DNA of 64,000 nucleotides from Tubiluchus corallicola. Lineage: Eukaryota > Animalia > Priapulida. A model generated the notes under the pieces. The model saw only the letters and a program-made list of their open reading frames with translations, was not told the DNA's origin and made no database searches. Location: positions 186,001 to 250,000 of the forward strand of contig JAQGDQ010000225.1 in NCBI GenBank assembly GCA_030141605.1. Direction: 5' to 3'. Made by a program: the position numbers and the translations under genes. This document shows, piece by piece, positions 35,901 through 46,152 of the stretch (its first letter is position 1; the number at the start of each line of letters is the position of its first letter).

Positions 35901-38503
35901 CTGTGAACATTGAAAAAGAGTTGTTTGCTTTGTTCAATAACACAGAACACAAGTACAAAGCTAAGTATCGGAGTTTGGTGTTTAATGTAAAAGATCCCAA
36001 AAACGAAGGGCTGTATCAGCGAATAGTTTCAGGAAGCATTGAACCTCGGCGACTTGTTAGGATGTCAGCAGATGACCTGGCCTCTCACGAATTAGCACAG
36101 TGGAGAGAACAAGAAGCAAAACATCAGCTAGAAATGATCAAGAAGACCGAAGAAGAACAAGCACATGCACAGATTCATGTTGTAAAGAAAACACATAAAG
36201 GTGAGGAAATTGTTGAAGAGGAGGATCTCAGTACTTTAGAAGTTGGTGTAAAACCTCAGTCAAGTGTGAGTGATATTGACGATGATGAGTATACGGGACA
36301 CCTTTCAATATCGGAGCATAAAGAACATAGAAAATTGCATGAAAGAGGTGACGGTGATGTCTCTGAGTCGCACAAAACAGAACCTGGTCATGCAGGAAAA
36401 GTGTTGACAGATACAACAGATCAACACCGTGCTCATTTGTTTGATTTGAACTGCAAAATATGTACTGGAAAAGTTGTCCCATCTATCACACCCGAAGAAG
36501 CTCCACCATCTAAGAAAATTAAAGTGGCAAAGCATGTTATTAAAGAGACTAAGGATAAAGACCAAGATTACTGGGAACAAATGCACAAAGCTAGAAAAGA
36601 AGAGAAGAAGCGGAGGAAGGAAAAAAGCCTTGCTGAACTTGACAAAACCGGAACCCCTAGTGCTGATAATGAAAAACATAAAGTGACACCAGAAGAAAGC
36701 AGTGTGTCAACAACAACAACATCTGCATCTCCTGCCCAAGCTGGTAGTGTTGTTTTGAGTTCACCAGAATCTGCAGTTCCAACTCAAAGTGGACAGCCTG
36801 TTACACCAACTCTTAGACCGCCTGTTGTCCATTCAGTGTGGAAAGGCTTAGTCTTTATGCAAGACATGCCCAAGTTTGTTGTGATGGCATATAAGGTGTC
36901 TGGCCCATGTGAAGCTCTTAAGGAGGAACTGCCAGATACATTGACTATATGTGGCAGAATATCTCCTCGCCAAATATGGGAGTACATTGAGCGGGTGAAA
37001 GAAATTGGCAATAAAGATATAACAATAATTCGGCTACAAGCTGCAACTGAAGAAGATAAACAAACTTTAGTACAACTGTACACATATCTAAGTAAAAAAG
37101 ACAGGTGTGCTGTTGTTGGTCTTCTTTCAGGTAATTTTAAGGACTTTTATCTAGTACCATTGCCTTCACATGAACCAATTCCAGAGTGTTTATTGCCCTT
37201 TGACGGTCCAGGTTTTGAACCAAAGCGACCACATATCATAATGGGAGTAATTGTCAGGCATCGTCTAGTTCCCTTAAAGCCTCTAAGTCCTGGACATACT
37301 ACTCCATCCCTGTCAAAAAGTGCAAAAAATGGGGAGCACAAAAAGAGTAAATCGAAGAAAACGCCATCATCTACTCATTCTTCATCGGAGAATACCCCTG
37401 ATCAACGTTTGCAAGAAAGAACTTCTAAAATTGTTCTGCCACCCGATTTAACTGAGCAGGAAAAACGGCAAGACCCTATAGTAGAACAATATGCTGGTGT
37501 AGATCCTGTGGCTGAAGAAACTAAGTTGCCTGGTGATAGTCCGTATACACCTCCTGAAGCTGACGCCGATGAACCGTATGATCCAGAAGACCCTTACGAC
37601 GATGTAACATTATCGTCGGGTAACGTGGTAAGGCGAGTTAAACCAAGTAGCAAAGAACCAATACAAGACAGAACTGTCAGACCAGATGCAAAAGAGTTGA
37701 TCCAGAAAATTGTAACAACAGACAATCCGGCTGACATAACAGAAAGCGTTCTTTCAGAAGTAACTGAAGCACGTATTGAAGAGCAAAAGAAATTGTTGTT
37801 AGAGCTTACACATAAAGTTGAGGAGCAAAAACGACAATTGGAACTGCAGCGCTTAGAATCTGATATCAATAGTCTGCAGCACAGTATTGTACTCGATCAA
37901 CCACCTTTGCCCCCCGAAGACGAAGGCCCTCCCCCTCCTCCTGATACCCCTCCACTGCCTTCAGATAACATTCTTCCACCACCACCAGTACCTCCTGCAA
38001 ACATGTTAATGATGACTGCTATTTCTAGTTCTTCAGAGCAAAGCAAGAACAGGTCTCTTAGTCCACAACCAGTTCCGCCACCGACGCAGATGATGTTCCC
38101 ATTTTCAGCTGTCTCCAGCAGCAACAGTGGCCAGTGGTCACATCATATGGCACCATCTCAGTACCTCAGCAATCAACCTCTACCACCCGGAGTTGATAAG
38201 CCTCCGAGACGGTTTTCTGGTCTAGATGAGTTTTCTAAGCCCAAAAGTGAGCAGTTTATCGAAAACGAAAAACCCGATGCACAGCCATCATCAACAAAAG
38301 GCTCTGGCAGTGACACTAGCCTAAAGTTAGGTGCAGTGGGTCAGATACTGTCAATGATGAGACAAAATACCAACTTTCAGCTTGGTTCAGATACCAGTCA
38401 ACATTCGCGTTCTGGCAACAATGACAGGCCGCAGGAACAAACGTCTTGGAAAAGTGATCAAGATTTTAGACGAACAGGTGATACAGACTACCGAAATTAT
38501 TGA
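32921..38503 (+). CDS. DIDO1: DIDO1/PHF3/PPS-family chromatin and Pol II regulator (AT-hook, PHD, Cys/His motif, BRK, TFIIS-M, SPOC, Pro-rich tail), 1860 aa, single coding exon
   Basis: AT-hook [47 protein letters not shown]...YVCPRC. Motif C..[23 protein letters not shown]. BRK-like [154 protein letters not shown]. Acceptor TTTTTTTCAG ends at 32821; first in-frame ATG is 32921 (the ORF-track start is a GTG). Probably co-orthologous to DIDO1/PHF3/SPOCD1. Confidence 0.93.
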   Translation: [1860 protein letters not shown]

Positions 38504-39588
38504 TTCGGTCACTTTGATTATTCGCCAATGATTCTTTCTTTTTCCAAAGTTCCATCATTATGCATTGTGGTACAAGTGATTCAGTTAATTCTGCCTAACT
38601 TGTGACTCTATGAACCAGGTAATTACTTCTCTTATTGTAATTTCTATATGCTGAACTCATTTGGAATTTGAGTGGTGATGTAAGCTATTACTTGATCTGA
38701 GTTAAGCGCAGTTGGCTGTGTTGCATTATGAACATACAATGAAAATGTTTGAATTTGAAAAATTACCTGCCGTTGTAACATCTCAATGAGTTAATACTCA
38801 TAGTGTCTCTAACGAGATTCTCAATTTTGTTAATGTTCTGCACTTTCTGATGGTCGCCATTGTTACAAATTGTGAGTCACTACTTGTAATTTACCTTGTT
38901 TTTAGGTACTTGAGTGCATTTAATAGAGTTTTACATTAACATGGTAGTAGATGCTACTTTTGAACTCCTTGAAGATTCTTGAGTTTGAACTTCCAGGAAA
39001 ATTATGATAGTGCAAACTCGTTAGGTAGCTGCTGTGCATTGTATGTGCTGAGTGACAATAATGTGTAATAATTAATTTTAGTTTTTTTACTGATCTCCTG
39101 GAATATGGCTAGAAAGATATTGTACTGACAGCTGTTTAGGCTGTTTTGAACATATAGAAATAGTTGTTACTTTCATACCTTATTGATTCTTTTGTTTGTA
39201 TATACTGTAATTTTTTGCTATGTTTATTATCTGTTTGCTGTTACGATGTATTCTGGCTTGTGAATTTAGTATCAAAGAAGACCGGCTCTTGTGTAATTTT
39301 GTCAAGAATAATTATTGTAAGATATTTGTAAGATTGTAGTTAATTCGTTGTACAAATCGATGCATATTTCATTACATAGTTTCCCTAACTATTTTTTTTA
39401 TATTTTTTGCAATAACTGTGTGCGTTGCATACATGGGCTATGCTGCAAAATGAAACAAAGACTTAAAGCTGCTTAAGGATTGCGTCTTTGCATAAAATGA
39501 GGCATCTTCATTATAATAATGCTTATATTTTATTGCTTTATGAAACGTTTTCTTGTAGCTAGGTCCGTTTTCCTTGCTCACATATGTA

Positions 39589-39594
39589 AATAAA
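39589..39594 (+). terminator. Candidate poly(A) signal of the DIDO/PPS-like gene
   Basis: AATAAA about 1.1 kb after the stop, ending a U-rich tract, with T/GT-rich sequence downstream. Confidence 0.45.
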
Positions 39595-40885
39595 TGTTTT
39601 ACTATAATTTCATTAAATAGCTACATCTGGGTCTGCCAACTATTGTTTTTTGTATTCTGTGATTTCATTCGTTTGTGTGTGGCTTCAGAGTTACATAGAT
39701 AAACTAGTCTGAAATGCGAAGTCTGGAGTTGCTCGCTGCACATACGTACATTTTGATAGTACATACTGGTAGAATGTACAACTGCCTGTAGCTGCCTGGA
39801 TATGGCACTTAGAACAATTTACTGTTGCCATGGTATCAATTTTTTCGTGAAAAAGTAAGAATATGGAGTAAACCTGTGATGTCACAATGAAACTGATAAT
39901 ATCTTATTGCACGAAGAACAATGAGAACGAACATGTGACTAACCCAAAAAAATTTAAAAATGGCTTCAAGATTTTTTTTGAGGACCCATGGCTTTAGTTT
40001 TCATTTGACAAACGCAAATTGAGAAGGCGTTTAGTTTGTACAAAAGTAGATTTTGCACAGTAAGCTCAGCTATATTAAAATTTTTGTTGTAAGATTTCAA
40101 AAGCACGAGGCAGCGGGTGTGGACGGTATGCAGCTAGGCAAATGGAATTGTACATTTTATAGGACAAAAGCTGGTTATTTGAATATTTCAAAATTGCTTG
40201 CATACTGCAATGTCTCATTTCACGGGCTGCAGTTAAAGTATTTCTTGTGCGACGAACATGCTATCAAATTCAGTTCAGTAAAATACATACATGTATGTCC
40301 TCTAAATTTTTAAGTATGTGCTTATCGGTGTAGGCCTAGTGGCAAGGTTATAGACATATATTTGCAAAAGGAAAACATAGACCATCACCGTTACTTCTTT
40401 TGAATTTCTTGAAACAGAAAAAGTATATCTGAAAGTATTTTATGTGTGTTCGGTTAAAAATTAAACTTTAGCTTTTGTTTTCTTAGACTCACAATTTTTT
40501 AGTAAAAAAAGCTTAGTGTAATTTGGTCTTCGTGCATTTACTGTATGTTATATTGAGTATAACAAATATAAGTATGAACATCTAGACCTATAAGTGTAAA
40601 TATTTTGTTGTTTGACCCTTTTGTCAGTCTATGCCTTACGTAATTATATAACACGTTCAAACTAAGACAACAGAAATTTTTCAGGGCAAATTCCTTCTGC
40701 CCTACCCATTGCCGCTCGCTGGTTAAATCGTGCAAGAGTGCAGACAACGTACATTGATGTTAGCGCATGCCCATATATAATGTGGTCACTGATATATGAT
40801 TTTTTAAATAAAAAGACGTCAATACCATTACGTTAGAAATGACGCCGTAATTAAAAAGGTTTAATTAACCAACTTTCGTAATAAT

Positions 40886-40921
40886 ACGTGTGTGTGTGCG
40901 CGTGCGTGCGTGCGTGTGTGT
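40886..40921. repeat. Compound (GT)n(GCGT)n microsatellite
   Basis: Alternating purine-pyrimidine run. Confidence 0.85.
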
Positions 40922-42499
40922 CATCCAACTTTTGTTGCTTAAACTTTGTCATCGAGAATAGTGTGTGTGTTATGTTGACAAGCTCCGATTTTTTAGCGCG
41001 GATAAAGCGAGCGTAAAATTTTGGCTAAAGACCCGTAACGGCCATAACTTACAGAAACTGGGGCGGACTAAAACAGTTAAAAATTTTGCTTGTGATTTTT
41101 GCAGTTAGGTCAACTTTAAACACACGCGTGTCAACAACTCAAACGTATTTGTTTTTCTCTGTTACTCAGACTCAAAAAGATTCGACAAATTTCAGGCCTG
41201 TGTTTAAAAACCATATGCAGGAATTAAACTGACTGCACTTGCAAAGCAAACTATAGTATAATATTTTGCCGTAAGCATAAGAAATGCTAAGTATTCAGTT
41301 ATGTCCTACCAAGAGGCCTTTTTAATGCAAAAAATCCAAGTGGCTAGTGAAAACATTACGAAAGATCAGCTTTTGTTATCGGAGAAATCTGTACTGAAAC
41401 AGTTACCATGCTGAAACGTTATAATGTACCACCATGAATGCGCTCACTTTCTTTGGAGGATAAAACGTGATTGAATAAATTGTCGCTGGGTTTCAGTTTT
41501 TGCCAAACGATGGCGCTTCGAACTAATTTCACTCTAATCTCGCGTGCGTTAAGCTCACCGTTTCTATCTAGCACAGTTTTCTCAATTTTCCCAGACCCGA
41601 CGAGAAGGGGGGGGGGCAGTGTCCCGTGGCCTGGGTGTCTAGGGGCCCGATAAGATTAAGGACGCAACCAGAATTTTATATAGCTAGAAGTGCTAAAGTA
41701 TTTTTCTTCATAAAGTTGTTGGCCGAATTTTGGCCCAGGTGCCCTGATGCCTCTTGATTTGCTGAATAAACTTCACACCTTGAAACTGGAGAAACTTGAT
41801 GCTTTTTATAGTTATTCCCTTTGAAGTGGGGTCTTTAATGTTTGCTGCCGCGGGGGCCGCAATGGCTCTCGACGGCACTGCATTTTACTCAAATGCAGGG
41901 CCGTCGAAAAATAATATGTAAATTTGCATTTTTACATATATGTGTCCATTATAGTAGTTTTCGGTAATATGGTTCCTTGTTTTAAACGTCGACGCTAAAT
42001 AAAGTGTCAATTCTGGTTCACATTCTCAATAAATCGAAGCGAAGATTTAAAAAGACCCAAAAAGAAAAAAATGTAAAACGTAATCGGTAGTGGAGTTATG
42101 AGCTGGTTTTAACTTTCGTGACTGTTCTGGCTATTTGAAAGTAAACTGAACTGCAATGTCAAACTAAATAACTTCTGTCCACTGATGAACGTGAAAAAAA
42201 TACTTTTTAAGCTACAATAATGTCGAACTGTGACAATTTGTATTCTTAATTACAATCCACTTTGGAAAAAATAAAAAAGTAATAGCAGTTAGGTCTGTTT
42301 ATAGGAATTTGGAAAAATGGAGTGGTGCAACTGTAAACATGTGTAGGCCTAAAAGGCAACTAGACACGGAAATTTCATGGCTTTATGCAACACGAGAGAT
42401 TCTTGCATGAATATTATTTCACAAATGAACTTTGAATACTACTTTCTGGTGAACCTGACTACTGTTAAACTATAATACGTCAAAAAGGCTAATTTTATA

Positions 42500-42665
42500 T
42501 ACCGGCTGGTGTCGGACAATGAGCTTCACGCTTTAAAATTACTAAAAATACCAAAGTGGTATAGAGACTGTATTATTTCCCTTTATTAATAAAGAGGAGG
42601 AAAAACAGTGTCAGTGCTACTTCGTTATTTTTTTGTAAACACCGAAGCTCGTTGTCCGACATTAA
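42500..42665. mobile_element. Short foldback MITE
   Basis: TGTCGGACAATGAGCTTC (42510-42527) versus GAAGCTCGTTGTCCGACA (42644-42661): 17/18 inverted match, extending imperfectly inward. Confidence 0.6.
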
Positions 42666-44059
42666 TACATTTTCCCGCTTGTGCAGAGGAAGCTATAAGT
42701 CCACTAAAATTGATTTATAGTAAGTGTATTCTAAAGTTACACGTGTACAATAACTAAGTTACCTGTGCAAGTAAACAGCTGTCTTCCTAATTCGCTTGTT
42801 TATATAGTTCCCGTTTGAAATTATAGTTCCCGCAATTAATAACGTTTGAAACTCTTTAACAAAGATAAAATGTTTCTATTGTCGTAATATTTGTTTATTT
42901 ATTTATTCATTCAGTAATTTGATTCATTTATTTAGTTATTTATTTATTTTATTATTTATTTATTTACTAATAGTAATACGTACAAGAAAGTGCGAAATAT
43001 TAAAGCAGGAAAAGGTATGCAGTACAGAATAAAAGCTTTACAGCTAAAAAAGTTAATCAAATGTTACGGAAACTTCGACTCTTATTTCTTGAAAGCACAC
43101 GGGTGTTTTTATTACTGACACCAATAATGAGTCTAAAGGCACAATTCTGAAGAGTATTTATTGGGTTACTTGCTTATGATGTAACTTTACAAACATTGCT
43201 TTCGCCGTGAAACCTGGCTCGTTCTCGTTCAATGTGACGTCACGTTTCTTCTAATCTAAATTTTTACGATAGAACGGTTCCTATAGAAACGCTAAATGGG
43301 GTTTTAAATAACATATTCGTGAAATATATTCCTTGACAATAATGACATATGCCTCAGAAAACACTCAATAAATGAGTAATTCAATGCTCATGTGTTTCGA
43401 CATTATTTTATAAAATACAAGTGTAAATGTAATATGATAGAACGAAAAAGTTTTGTATATTATGTAGTTTTGTTTTGAAATTTGGTTTTCTGTAACTTGC
43501 GCAAGTAGTTAATGTTGGTTAACACATTTCTAAATGAAGATTCTACTATAATGTGTTATCGATGCTTGTGGTTTCCATAATAGTTTTCGTATTGATTTCA
43601 AATGTTTTGCAACCTGCAGTGATTGCCGTGGTCAAAACTCCGCAATGAACAACATTATCGTGGATAAAAACTGCCTAGCCCACTGTCTTACGCAGCTATC
43701 GTAGTCGCACATCCTTTATAACGCCCAAAATACAAGTACAAATTTTCCCATTGTGAAAGCAGCGTTTTTGAAAATACGTGTGCAAACAAATAAACATGGC
43801 TGCAGACAGACGGTCGCCATGTTAGCCTGAGAACTCGGGGAGATATTTCAACGCGGCATTATTGCAAGATTGAAACGTTTGCTCCTTATTATCTTCGAGT
43901 TCGTTTATATTGTATCAAGACGGTGAGTTTAACTCCACATTCTGGTCTAATGCCGGTTAGTCTAAAACACAAACACACCTCACAATGACAACCCACCTTT
44001 AAAACCATGTTAAGCCAGGTAAATATTATTGCAACATGTGGGGCATTTCTGTGGAGTAG

Positions 44060-44350
44060 CGACTACATTGCTTTATTGAATCATTTTCAACGTCGACTTC
44101 CTCTCTTCAGTTGGTGTAGCCGCCAAGAGTTGAACATTCTGTGAAAAGACGGCCAGTCAAAGACCGTTTCCTTAGCTTTAAATTGTAAACAAGCTTTGGG
44201 AAAGCTGGAGTTTGTTGCCTTTATCAATGCGTTGCTTTTTGTATGAGCCGCTTCACATCTTAAACATACAACTTATGTTATATATTGACTGATGTGAACA
44301 AGCCTTAACGTTGGCTCAGTTGACTCTTATATCTAACCGAATCATTTGAC
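44060..44350 (-). mobile_element. Possible decayed Penelope-like element 3' end with a degenerate hammerhead motif
   Basis: Minus strand, in order: VN*ANVK, EAAH, (frameshift) DKGNKLQLS, resembling the tail of the PLE GIY-YIG domain; then CTGAAGA-G..GAAA followed by AATAAA. Confidence 0.4.
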
Positions 44351-45939
44351 ATTTAGCAATCATATCATGCGTCATATTACTATATATAAAGGCCTGTTCA
44401 CACAAATGCGTCCTGCGGTATCAATACTATACGATTACGGTGTGACATTTTCGTAATTTCACCATCACCGCCACCACTAGCTCATAATGTGAAATTAGCT
44501 TATACAGCAACGCGATTGTATAGCATCAGGTATACACTATATTAACAGACAAAAAATTTTCAACGAGGAACAAAAATGAAATAAAAAAACCATAACAACA
44601 GCGAATTATGTTAATAGCAAAAATCTATGAATTATTTGCTCGTCCAACATGAATTATAATGACTCTGTTCACAAATGCAATACGAAATCATTAAAAGTCA
44701 TAAATACAAGGTAGCTAGGCGAAGAAGAAACAGGAAGCAAAAATAAGACTAAAGTGTGTAGCCACAAATAAAGAGAAGCCAAAATGTAAAGAGAAGCTCG
44801 CAGAATCTCCTGAGAATCCCTCTAAACTTTAGTTTTTGCACACGTTGACGTTATTGTCACGTGACTACAGTAAAATATCGATCAATCGTCTAATACTTAG
44901 CAATGTTGCAATTCAATTTTTTGCAGTTTGAATTCAATTTTAAAGCCACTCAGTACACACTTCAGTTCAATATATAATTGCTTGACAAATTTTCCCTTGC
45001 CCATTGTCAATAAAATCTCTCGCTAAAGCCAATTTTACAACAACACACGATCATTTAAATCATCAATCCGTGATCTCAAATATACACAAGTGCGCAGTCA
45101 AGATGCGCAGTAGTAAAGATTCGACCTGTCGACTTTACGTTTCATGCATACAATCAATGCACACTTAAATAAGATACAGTATTAAAAAACAGTAAAAATA
45201 CGTCTAGTCTCTAGAGCAGAGTCTTTGATCAAAATTACCAGATTAACAGTTAGTCATTCTCAAAGGGACGCCCTTAAATGTGTCTTTCTGTCTGGTTTCA
45301 ACACAAACAATTTGCAATATACGCAGTTTCACAACTCAAATCATCAGCTTGAATCGCAAGCAGAAGTTAAGAGCTTGAATTTGATAATCTCATATATTAA
45401 CTCTTTGTAAAAAACCGCTCTGACATCAACAGAACAGAAAAACAAACAAAATCCGTGGACGCCCTTTAGCTGGACTGATTACAGTAATAATTAAAAGTTT
45501 AGTAGGCAAACTAGGGCATGTGGTGCAATATGGGCATAAGAGATAAACAGGTGATAACAGTTTCTAGCGTCAGTAACGAAATTAAAACTTACAATGCATG
45601 ATTATGATAGAACTATTCATATAGAAATAATAGAAGTAGAAATATGAATTTTTTGTAGAGAATAGACTAGAAAAATTTATAACGACCGAGACTTTAAAAA
45701 CAGTTTTCAAGATGAGAATTTTTTTTAGCAAAGTTCTGACAGGCATACGTAAGTTGTTAACAGTGGTATTAAAAATAAGATCTGTTTTACTAGTGCAATG
45801 AATTTTATAGGAATACGTAATCTGTTTTAATTTTAATAACAACGATTTATATCATGAAAAAGATTGTTTCTACGTCAAAGAGAGCTAAAAATAAGCACGA
45901 GTACTTACGTCAGCCCTACAAATAGAAACAATAAAGTGG

Positions 45940-46152
45940 GAACAATCCATGCGGTAACAGGCAATAAAGTCACAGTTTTGGCTAGGAAAAAAGTCACAGG
46001 AAAAAAGTCTCAATTATTTTTGGCTAGGGTTAGAGTAAGGGCTAGGGTCATGGTTAGGGTTAGGGTTAGGGTTATTTTTTTCTCCTCTGTCTTTTTTCCT
46101 GTGACTTCTTTACCTATGACTTTTTTAACTGTGACTTTTTTACTCTGGATTC
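45940..46152. mobile_element. Non-autonomous element with inverted arrays of about 15-bp repeats around a (GGGTTA)n core
   Basis: Left AAAAAGTCACAG repeats, right CTGTGACTTTTT repeats, core GGTTAGGGTTAGGGTTAGGGTT at about 46025-46073. A related left-arm fragment lies at about 27430-27465. Confidence 0.7.

Noticed and set aside
44000-44060. SWIM-like C..HVGA peptide on the plus strand
   Set aside because: Needs several frameshifts within 50 bp; not distinguishable from chance.
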